A stretch of 32,000 nucleotides of DNA from Candidatus Saccharimonadota bacterium (GCA_002952755.1 CP025011.1:1260001-1292000), one strand, 5' to 3'; counted from the stretch's first letter, positions 1 through 7,873 are shown. Program-made: numbers and translations. The notes: a model not told the origin generated them from the sequence alone.

Positions 1-3000
1 GAACATTATTCGCTCCACTGTTCTTTTGCACATCCAACAAATCGCCTGTCTGCGTCGACGAGTTGCCTTGTATTTGTAAGGCTATATCGGCGTCGCGACC
101 TGCAGCGACATATACCGATGTTCCGGTTGCGCCCGCCACGAAGTTCGGCGGCGTTGAGCTCTGGCGGTCACCGGTCAAGATTGTCGACCAATATGCGCCC
201 ATCTGTAAATCATTCCCACCGCCCCCTTGCCAATATATATCCCCGCCGCTCGAACCGATACGGAAATTCCCGGAACCGCTCGTATTAGAGAATAGTAACT
301 GCGATACGTGGGCCGCAGTCCCGGGGGTCGAATTATAGATCTCCAGCTGATTATTCACAAGTAATTGGGAAGTTATAATCCCGCTATCTGATGCTGTCGG
401 CGCAACTCCACCGCTCGACCAACCTGCATATACGGCACCAACCTGCCCTGTGCTCGTTGCAGTGCCGCCCTGCAAATATATTGCCCCGCCTGCGTTAGCA
501 CCTGTTCCGGTAGCATTGCCAGCCGTAAGAGTAATGTTACCTCCAGCACTACCGGCCGCTGCATTGCCGCCAGCACCGCCTTGCAATGTAATACCAGCAC
601 CAGCACCGGTTCCAGAGGAAGTACCCCCCGTAATCTGCACTGTACCACCAGAGGTATTGCCCCCGCCAGCTGCGCCCCCAAGCAAGACCACTCCCCCTCC
701 AGCACCACTTGCACCGCCGGTGCCCCCTAGTAGTTCCGCAATACCACCCGCCCCCGTCGTGTTGCCCGTAGCGCCCTGAAGCTCAAGTGTATCACCGGCG
801 GTAGCCGCGGTTGTCTGAGTAGCACCAGTTATGATAATCGGACTTGTATTTGTAGCACCAAATGTAAAACCTGACGAAGTAATCGTATCGGTATTGTACG
901 TGCCTGTTGCGGTGATATTACCCGTGGAACTTACGGCCAAGACAGTTGTGCCGCTTCCATTCAAGAGATCCAGAATATCGCCGGAGCCGCTTGCATTGGC
1001 TTGCAACACCCCCGCTACGCTGCCGCTGGTAGCAGCCTGTACATTAAAGTTAGCCTGCTGTGTGGATAATGCGTTGTTAATAGCGGTACTGCTCACAAAA
1101 GCTGTGAAGACAGCCGATATGGTGTTAGCCTCGCCCGAAGTGTTCTGGTTAGCAGTTGGTTGGTAAGCGGTACCGGCAGTTACATTCGTATTGTATGTAA
1201 CAACATTGGTCTGACCGGTAATCTTATAGGTGAATCCAGAGCTAGCACCAGCTGTAGCCGGTGTACGCTGCACCTGGGCATAGCCTTCAAATAATTCTCC
1301 AGAAATTTGGGGAGTTAGGCTGGAAAATGTCACTGTTGATGAACCCGAAGAGATGCGCGATCCGTTTGTGTCAACACCCCAAGATGTGCCTGCATTGACT
1401 CCGCTCGCCGTATACTCAGTGGCGACGATTTCATTATTATTGCCCAGACCAGATGATGACAGCGTAATAGTCCCTGCTCCCGTACTCGTAACTGTTCCCA
1501 TCCACATCTCCACCCGGTTGACCGTGCCGTCACCCGCCAGAAAGCCCACGCGCGTCCACGTTGTTACGCCACCGCCAGAAATGCTAGTTATTGCATTGCC
1601 ACTCGGTATCTGTGCTGCAACTACGATAAGATTTCCGACGGTTGTTGGACTATCACTCACAGTTGTAACTGTAGTGCCTGAGCCATGATTATCAGTTTCA
1701 TTTACTTCGGTGATGCTTGCATTTGAGTTGGAGCACGAACTGAAAATTAGTTGGGTTGCAGAGCTAGAGCTAGTTTCCAGACACAATCCTGTCGTTGGTG
1801 CGCTCGTCGGCAGTGTCAGTGTATAGCCCGAGGCAGTGCTGTTGGTACTCGCGTTAATTGTTATCGGATTACCGGCAGTCGTGGTGTTAAACAACAAACT
1901 ACCCGCCTGATTGGTATCGGTGCCCAGTACGGCCTGTTTGGAAATCGTATTTACACTAAACACATTATTCGTACCGTCATTAACCGCAAAGGTATTTGCT
2001 GAGGTAGTGCTGGATTTAATAGTATCGGTATTATTCGTAAGTGTTTCTGTAATACCGGCACCCTGGAGCGTAATCTTGGTTCCAGTAGTAGTGTTACCAA
2101 GCGTGACAGTCTGTACCCGATTAGCCGTACCGATAAGGATAGAGCCATTACTTGTTGTGCTCGTACCAACATCCAAGACGATATTACCCGCAGTGCTAGT
2201 CGTACCCGTAGCATTACCCGTGGTGAGTGTTATGTCAGATGAATTCGTCGATCCGGCCGAGGTTGCCGGCGTACCAATAGCAGTGCCACCAAAACCCTGT
2301 AAGCTGAGTATTCCCGCTGCCGTCCCCCAAGTAGCCGCCGCAGCAGACTGAATAGTAAGAGCGCCGGCGGTTGTCGACCAAGTCGAGGCTGCTCCTGCAG
2401 TAATAGTGACGCCATTGCCTTGGATAGTGGTAGTGCCACCAGCTGCTGAGTTTGGTCCTGAACCGATGCTAACGACGGAGTTACCCCCAGCATTATTTGT
2501 ATACCCAATATTAATGGTAGCCGTACCAGAAGTCTGATTAGTACTCCCTATTATGGTAGTAGTGTTGGCATCCTTTGAAGTTTCGATCTGGGTCGTTGTT
2601 CCATTGAATGAGCTACCTGTGCCAAAGCCGCTTTGTGAGTTACCGGTGGAACCGATATTTATGTAGCCATTGAGGGTATCGATATCGAAAAGGGTGTGGT
2701 CGCCACCGCCGGAATGAGCACTACTGTTCTCAACCTGGAAGGCAGTGGTTGAATCGACAGTAGGGTGTTCGAAGTACTGGCCTTGGATGGCAAAGCCAAA
2801 GACGACAGCCCCAGTTTGCGACGTTAGGCTCAGGAAGTTACCGCCACCAAGGCCGTTTGTATCCTGAATATTTATGGCATTGACTGCACTAGTGAGGCTG
2901 ATGGTTGGATTCGTACCGCCAGCTGAAGCATTGTAGGCAGTCTGCAGGCTACACACGGTGGTAGCGGACGAACAGAGGGTGCCGGTTTCGTTGGGGAGAG

Positions 3001-4021
3001 TGAGTGTGTGGCTTCCGGAGCCACTGGTTGCAGCCTGGAGAGTGATAGCATTGGCGTTGGAGGCGTTGTTGAATACGAGCTTACCTGCAAGTGAACTTGC
3101 AGTTCCTAGGACTATTTGGTTGTTAGAGTTGTCAACCGCCAATATATTGTTTGAGCCACTTTGAATCTGAATTGCAGTCGTTGAAGTTGCAGAAGGTTTT
3201 AGCGTTATAGTGCCCCCGCTACCAAAGGCAGCGACGTTCACCCCGGACCCGTTCAGGAGGTCAAGGATATCGCCGCTACCAGTTGCGTTAGCCTCAAGTA
3301 CGCCCGCCACAGTGCCGGTCGTAGCTGCTTGCACGTTAAAATTAGCAGCTTGAGTGGTAGTTTGGTTCCGAATATAGCTATTCGTGCCGCTACCCAAGGC
3401 AAAGCCACACGCGGTGGCCGCCTGATAACAGATGGTCGCAGTAGACGCGCCAGGGTCGGGCAGAGTAATTGTCGCATCCTGCCCAAAGCTGCCAGCGAAC
3501 TGAAGCACACCCGTGTGGGCACCAGCCAGACTTGCGAGTTGCCCCGCTCGAAAAGCATAGGGCACAGCAGTGAGATGTAAGCGCGGCGTCATCTCGCCAT
3601 CCCATGAGGGAGTGCCCGTACCGCCAACATTCATGCCCAGATATAAGTCTTGATTCCAGTCTATTGAAGGAAGGGTGGTCACACTACCTAAGCTCACTGT
3701 AAGATAACCATTAGCCACACGGACAACGTTGCCGCTCGTCCGCGTTTCCACCCACAGACAATTAGCGTCACCAGAGCAACTGCCTTGGGATGAACCTGAC
3801 GAGGATAGTGCATTATAGAGCTTGAATTCGACGTTATAGTTGCCATCAGGCACAATACTGCCTGACGCGTTCATGAGTCGTGCCTGAAAGTTAATAGTGC
3901 TATTGGTGGCAGCACTCGCATGGTTACTAAAATAGTTTGTGAGCCAGCTTGTAGAGAGAACTAAAGAAATACAGAGCACAGCACGCAATGAGCGCCAGGG
4001 CAATTTTACAGATAATGACAT
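1..4021 (-). CDS. Very large secreted Thr/Gly/Ser/Asn/Ala-rich modular repeat protein (putative cell-surface fibre/adhesin). The 5' end is complete; the 3' end runs off the left window edge (>1340 codons). It is absent from the supplied ORF track.
   Basis: I read every plus-strand triplet starting at 2,5,8...4019 and none is tta/cta/tca, so the minus strand has no stop in this frame. ATG is at 4021-4019 (alternative GTG at 4033-4031), and an in-frame TAG lies upstream at 4069-4067. The N-terminus MSLSVKLPWRSLRAVLCISLVLSTSWLTNYFSNHASA/ATN has a Sec-signal layout: basic n-region, hydrophobic core, AxA site. Every minus ORF listed in the track for 1..4021 is in one of the other two frames. The same conserved motif recurs in this frame 2292 nt (764 codons) apart. 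The ORF caller probably skipped it because no stop codon lies inside the window. Confidence 0.85.
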   Translation of the reverse strand, partial: MSLSVKLPWRSLRAVLCISLVLSTSWLTNYFSNHASAATNSTINFQARLMNASGSIVPDGNYNVEFKLYNALSSSGSSQGSCSGDANCLWVETRTSGNVVRVANGYLTVSLGSVTTLPSIDWNQDLYLGMNVGGTGTPSWDGEMTPRLHLTAVPYAFRAGQLASLAGAHTGVLQFAGSFGQDATITLPDPGASTATICYQAATACGFALGSGTNSYIRNQTTTQAANFNVQAATTGTVAGVLEANATGSGDILDLLNGSGVNVAAFGSGGTITLKPSATSTTAIQIQSGSNNILAVDNSNNQIVLGTASSLAGKLVFNNASNANAITLQAATSGSGSHTLTLPNETGTLCSSATTVCSLQTAYNASAGGTNPTISLTSAVNAINIQDTNGLGGGNFLSLTSQTGAVVFGFAIQGQYFEHPTVDSTTAFQVENSSAHSGGGDHTLFDIDTLNGYINIGSTGNSQSGFGTGSSFNGTTTQIETSKDANTTTIIGSTNQTSGTATINIGYTNNAGGNSVVSIGSGPNSAAGGTTTIQGNGVTITAGAASTWSTTAGALTIQSAAAATWGTAAGILSLQGFGGTAIGTPATSAGSTNSSDITLTTGNATGTTSTAGNIVLDVGTSTTSNGSILIGTANRVQTVTLGNTTTGTKITLQGAGITETLTNNTDTIKSSTTSANTFAVNDGTNNVFSVNTISKQAVLGTDTNQAGSLLFNTTTAGNPITINASTNSTASGYTLTLPTSAPTTGLCLETSSSSATQLIFSSCSNSNASITEVNETDNHGSGTTVTTVSDSPTTVGNLIVVAAQIPSGNAITSISGGGVTTWTRVGFLAGDGTVNRVEMWMGTVTSTGAGTITLSSSGLGNNNEIVATEYTASGVNAGTSWGVDTNGSRISSGSSTVTFSSLTPQISGELFEGYAQVQRTPATAGASSGFTYKITGQTNVVTYNTNVTAGTAYQPTANQNTSGEANTISAVFTAFVSSTAINNALSTQQANFNVQAATSGSVAGVLQANASGSGDILDLLNGSGTTVLAVSSTGNITATGTYNTDTITSSGFTFGATNTSPIIITGATQTTAATAGDTLELQGATGNTTGAGGIAELLGGTGGASGAGGGVVLLGGAAGGGNTSGGTVQITGGTSSGTGAGAGITLQGGAGGNAAAGSAGGNITLTAGNATGTGANAGGAIYLQGGTATSTGQVGAVYAGWSSGGVAPTASDSGIITSQLLVNNQLEIYNSTPGTAAHVSQLLFSNTSGSGNFRIGSSGGDIYWQGGGGNDLQMGAYWSTILTGDRQSSTPPNFVAGATGTSVYVAAGRDADIALQIQGNSSTQTGDLLDVQKNSGANNV

Positions 4022-4202
4022 TTTGGTATGCACGGTACTTTTGTTTGGTTTATTTTTATTTCTCGTCTACTGAAGTAGAGTGTGGAGTACTCTATTAGTA
4101 TCCTCCTAACGAGTGCGTACGAACAAGATACAAAACAGAGATAATTAGAAGCCTTCTCCTGACCGAATAACTGCTTTATTAAAAGAAACATATGTTGTAT
4201 AT

Positions 4203-4211
4203 ATTATAACA
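4203..4211 (-). promoter_or_regulatory. Candidate extended -10 promoter (TGtTATAAT) for the giant surface-protein gene
   Basis: The minus strand reads gatTGTTATAATatat. There is no good -35. This would give a leader of about 175 nt. Confidence 0.3.
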
Positions 4212-4283
4212 ATCACGAGGGTCATCTGTTTACGGTTGTAAAAATACTAATTCTATTGCATCTAGGCTGCGGCTAGTTGATGT

Positions 4284-4317
4284 AAAAAAAACCAGCGACG
4301 CATAGATGGTCGCTGGT
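4284..4317 (-). terminator. Rho-independent terminator after rplU
   Basis: A 9-bp stem, accagcgac (4291-4299) / gtcgctggt (4309-4317), with a 9-nt loop. On the minus strand it is followed by a run of 7 T (plus A-run 4284-4290), 23 nt after the rplU stop. Confidence 0.75.
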
Positions 4318-4340
4318 TTATCCACAGCTGGAACAAAGAA

Positions 4341-4649
4341 CTAGGCGATTTTTGTAATCTTTATCGCCGTTTGGTGTTGGCGGTGTCCTTGCACTTTGTG
4401 CACCCGCTTCTTGGCCTTGTATCGAATTGAGGTTACCTTCTCTGCCTTTACGTCATTGGCAACAATTTCGGCAGTGACCTTAGCCTTTTCGACTATAGGA
4501 GTCCCGACGCTGACTGAATCACCATCGATAATCAATAATGGCTCAAAAGTGGCGCTCTTGCCGCTTGCCTTGAGAAGTTCAATCTGCAGCGTCTCACCTT
4601 CACTTACGAGGTACTGCTTACCGCCAGTAGCAATAACTGCTTTTTTCAT
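4341..4649 (-). CDS. rplU: 50S ribosomal protein L21
   Basis: The 102-aa ORF MKKAVIATGGKQYLVSEGETLQIE...HRQHQTAIKITKIA has the typical L21 length and motifs (GGKQY, GHRQ). Confidence 0.9.
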   Translation of the reverse strand: MKKAVIATGGKQYLVSEGETLQIELLKASGKSATFEPLLIIDGDSVSVGTPIVEKAKVTAEIVANDVKAEKVTSIRYKAKKRVHKVQGHRQHQTAIKITKIA

Positions 4650-4734
4650 ATTTTTTACTCTTTCTAATAGAATTAGCTACCTGTAGATAGTAACAGATCT
4701 TCCCCACTCTGTAAAGGAGCATGCCCAGGCAGTG

Positions 4735-7596
4735 TTAGGCGCTTTCGAGAGAAATGACTAGAGAAATTCCATCAATAAGGGAGTCCATCTCATGAGCATA
4801 CTTCTGGTCGGCGATTACCCTTGTTGCGAGTGTTTCATGGGTAATGATTGCCTCGTGTTCCGCAATAGCTTTTTGTAATATACTATCCGCCGTCATAAGG
4901 CTCAGTTTAATATGATCATCAACTTCGAGATCCGCCTGCTTGCGCAGATTTTGCACATTTCTAACCACCTCACGCATCATGCCTTCACGCCTCAACTCTG
5001 GAGTAATGTGCTTGTCGATCTCTATCTCTTCACCCTGCTTTACGCTTTTTATATTAAGCTCATCGATAAGAATCGGCACGAAATCGAACTCCCCTTCAGT
5101 CTGGGGCACAGTAATACTGGCCAGCGGCTGGCGCACCTTCAATCCGGCTTTAGCGCGAAGACTCAGACCCTGGTTCACATACTCGCGAACTTTCTCCATG
5201 TCGTTCATGACCTTCTCGTTAATGTAGCCTGCCGGTAACCAGTCTTTTAGATGGATCGATTCTGTGTCGCCGGTCATATTGCGATACAACTCTTCTGCCA
5301 TGAAAGGGGTAAAAGGCGCCAGAACGTATGCGAGTCGCGTCAACACATAGTGCAGCGTAAGATATGCATCGTTTTTATCTTCGTCGTCTTCACTCTTCCA
5401 GAATCGGCGACGGCTCCGGCGGACGAACCAATTTGATGCATCATCAATAAAGGGCAGAATCGGTCGGAGCGCACCTTGTACATCGTATGCCTCAGTACGC
5501 TCCTCAACCTCCGCTACCAGCTTATGTAGTCGCGAGACAACCCATATATCGAGGGGACTCTTCAAACGATCTGACGGGTCCTCTAAAGAGCCCTCGTATT
5601 CCCAATCGTCAACTTGAGCATATAAAGTAAAAAAGTCATACATATTCCAAACCATACCCAGCTTGCGGGCCACATCCCCAACGTCTTTATCGGCAAGAGC
5701 AAAATTTTCGCCATTAGTAAGCGAACTTGAGAGCATTAGAAAACGAAAACTATCTGCAGAAAATTTGTCCATGAGCTCCACGGGGGGAGTGTAATTCTTG
5801 AGCTTTTTGCTCATTTTTTTGCCGTCGGCTGCATTAATAAAGCCAGTACAAATCAGATTCTTAAATGGTGATACGCCAAATAGGCCAACATTGATAGCCG
5901 TCAGACTATAAAACCACCCCCGCGTCTGATCAACAGCTTCGACGATGAAATCCGCAGGGAACATCCTCTCGAACTTTTCTCTGTTCTCGAAGGGGTAATG
6001 GAGCTGGGCGAACGGCATCGACCCCGACTCAAACCAACAGTCCAGTACCTTCCCAATGTGACTCATGTGCGTACCATTGAGCTCAAACGTAATGTCCATC
6101 ACTTCGGGCAAATGGTAATCATTAAGGCGCTTCCCAGTGAATTCCTCAAACTCATCATACCCACCAAAGACCTTTATCACCTCGGTACCATCATTACGTA
6201 CACCCTTCCAAACGGGGATTGGTGTTGCCCAATACCGATCTCTAGATAGATTCCAATCAGGTGCCTGCTCAATGATATTGTGAAAACGCTTAGTGCGAAG
6301 CGTGTCAGGTATCCAATTGGTTGTCATATTGGCCTGAAGCATGGCTTCCTTCTGTTCCTGGATGTCCATGAACCAGCTGGGGTGGGCGCGATACATAAGC
6401 TTTGACCCACAACGGTGGCAGTGCGGGTATTCATGAGTGATGTACTCAACCTTAAGGGCCATCCCCTCCTCTACCAAAGTTTTGGCAATGGCTTTATTAA
6501 CTTCCCATATATTCTTACCAAGCCAGCGGCCCTCAGTGTAATTGCCATCTGCATCGACAATGGAAACGAGGGGTACATTTTCTCTTTTACAGAGCTCGTA
6601 GTCTTCTTCGCCGTAGGCAGGCGCTTCGTGCACAATACCACTACCATCCTCAGAGTTCACGAAATCAGCATGCAAAATACGATGCGCCTGTGGTCCGCGA
6701 TTTTCAAATAGAGGCTCATAACGTTTACCTACGAGCTGACGGCCCTTTACCTGCTTCAAGACGGTATAGACCAACGGTTGGTGTTTGCCGTCGCGCATGA
6801 CACGGCTCACTGCGTCGCTTGCAATATAAAACTTCTTGCCTTCATACTCCACCAGTGAATAATCTGTACCCTCGTGGACAGCAATCGCCACATTTGCCGG
6901 CAATGTCCAAGGAGTAGTCGTCCAGGCCAGCAAATATTCATCTGTATTTTCCAGCTTGAAATATACAAATACACTTGGGTCGGTGTCTTGCTGGTAGCTA
7001 TTTTCCATTGCAACCTCAGACTTCGAGATAGGCGTCGCATCCTTGGTGCAGTAAATGAGAATCTTCTCACCCTCGTAGATCTTTCCCTTTTCGTAAAGCT
7101 CCTTGAAAGCCCACCAGACAGACTCCATGTACTCCTTGTCCATGGTCTTATATGCGCCTTTAAATTCCACCCAGCGACCAAGTCGCTCAATAGTATCTTC
7201 CCACTCAGTACCCGTCTTAACCATCGCCTTACGACATTCACGTACATAATCACTGATACTAATTGTCGTACCAATTTCTTTCTTGCTCTTAATGCCTAGC
7301 TTCTTCTCGACGTATACTTCTGCTGGCAAACCATGGCAATCCCATCCCCATCGTCGCTCAACCCGCTGCCCCTTCATGGTATGAAAACGGCCCATGGCGT
7401 CTTTCACAGTTGAGATTAACAAATGACCATGGTGAGGAGTCCCGGTCAAAAAGGGTGGCCCATCATAAAACACCCACTGATTATGTACGGGGCGCTGTTC
7501 GACTGATTTCTCGAATATGTCATGCTCTTTCCAATAACGAGCTATATCTTTTTCGTACTCAAGTGCGCGGCGGCGCGTGCCTTTTTTAAATTTCAT
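4735..7596 (-). CDS. ileS: Isoleucyl-tRNA synthetase (type 2-like)
   Basis: Class I HIGH-type motif (PHHGHLL), KMSKK loop (GKKMSKKLKNY) and an IleRS-type DWNLSRDRYWATPIPVW block. I place the start at the ATG at 7596 (MKFKKGTRR), preceded by AAGGAG 6 nt upstream. The track's extension to 7665 runs into the T-box leader. Confidence 0.9.
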   Translation of the reverse strand: MKFKKGTRRRALEYEKDIARYWKEHDIFEKSVEQRPVHNQWVFYDGPPFLTGTPHHGHLLISTVKDAMGRFHTMKGQRVERRWGWDCHGLPAEVYVEKKLGIKSKKEIGTTISISDYVRECRKAMVKTGTEWEDTIERLGRWVEFKGAYKTMDKEYMESVWWAFKELYEKGKIYEGEKILIYCTKDATPISKSEVAMENSYQQDTDPSVFVYFKLENTDEYLLAWTTTPWTLPANVAIAVHEGTDYSLVEYEGKKFYIASDAVSRVMRDGKHQPLVYTVLKQVKGRQLVGKRYEPLFENRGPQAHRILHADFVNSEDGSGIVHEAPAYGEEDYELCKRENVPLVSIVDADGNYTEGRWLGKNIWEVNKAIAKTLVEEGMALKVEYITHEYPHCHRCGSKLMYRAHPSWFMDIQEQKEAMLQANMTTNWIPDTLRTKRFHNIIEQAPDWNLSRDRYWATPIPVWKGVRNDGTEVIKVFGGYDEFEEFTGKRLNDYHLPEVMDITFELNGTHMSHIGKVLDCWFESGSMPFAQLHYPFENREKFERMFPADFIVEAVDQTRGWFYSLTAINVGLFGVSPFKNLICTGFINAADGKKMSKKLKNYTPPVELMDKFSADSFRFLMLSSSLTNGENFALADKDVGDVARKLGMVWNMYDFFTLYAQVDDWEYEGSLEDPSDRLKSPLDIWVVSRLHKLVAEVEERTEAYDVQGALRPILPFIDDASNWFVRRSRRRFWKSEDDEDKNDAYLTLHYVLTRLAYVLAPFTPFMAEELYRNMTGDTESIHLKDWLPAGYINEKVMNDMEKVREYVNQGLSLRAKAGLKVRQPLASITVPQTEGEFDFVPILIDELNIKSVKQGEEIEIDKHITPELRREGMMREVVRNVQNLRKQADLEVDDHIKLSLMTADSILQKAIAEHEAIITHETLATRVIADQKYAHEMDSLIDGISLVISLESA

Positions 7597-7612
7597 GTAA
7601 GACTCCTTGCTA

Positions 7613-7827
7613 CATAAAAAATCACTGCTTCTGTCACCGGAACCCTCATGTAAGGGCGGTACCATCCGGTTTCCAAAAGAAGTGATTCTTTTTTGGCACT
7701 TAATTATTTGCTATTACGGGCATCCCCGGCAGGTTCTAGTCTCGAAAAATGATTTCTTCCTGCTGCTTCGTGGTTGATAGCCACTCATTCGTACAAATTA
7801 CGAAGCGCATGTTGTTACTTTTGTAAC
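7613..7827 (-). promoter_or_regulatory. T-box riboswitch leader (Ile-specific candidate) controlling ileS
   Basis: Minus-strand RNA has a canonical antiterminator. A1 is ACCGGA (7670-7665). The 7-nt bulge is UGGUACC (7664-7658). A2 is GCCCU (7657-7653), loop UACAUG, then AGGGU (7646-7642). A1' is UCCGGU (7641-7636). The motif GGAUGGUACCGC matches the T-box consensus GGUGGNACCGCG, and UGGU fits a tRNA with discriminator A. AUC (Ile) codons followed by A occur in the hairpin loop GUGG-CUAUCAA-CCAC (AUC = 7778-7776) and in GAAAUCAU. The leader ends in a long helix followed by U6 (plus 7616-7621), just before the SD. Confidence 0.75.
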
Positions 7828-7833
7828 AAATAA

Positions 7834-7862
7834 ATCATAGCGCAGCAACCTCTCATCTGCAA
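7834..7862 (-). promoter_or_regulatory. Candidate promoter of the ileS T-box leader
   Basis: Minus strand: TTGCAG (7862-7857), 17 nt spacer, TATGAT (7839-7834). Confidence 0.45.
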
Positions 7863-7873
7863 GACACAGTCAG

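Noticed and set aside
450-3350. Possibility that the internal repeats of the giant gene are a diversity-generating retroelement target/template pair or a phase-variation cassette.
   Set aside because: No reverse transcriptase or recombinase is in the window. Differences between the copies are scattered and largely synonymous, not adenine-specific, and the copies are in frame within one gene.
63-3605. About 20 short ORFs in the track on both strands, for example the proline-rich 450..779 (+), 1911..2351 (+) and 3253..3558 (-).
   Set aside because: All lie inside the 1340-codon open frame on the minus strand and are in other frames or antisense. Their odd compositions (P/A/V-rich) are what the reverse complement or a frameshift of a G/T/A/S-rich gene would give.
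4006-4191. 61-aa minus-strand ORF overlapping the start of the giant gene.
   Set aside because: It is in a different frame from the giant ORF, has an AT-rich leader composition, no RBS, and runs across the real start codon.
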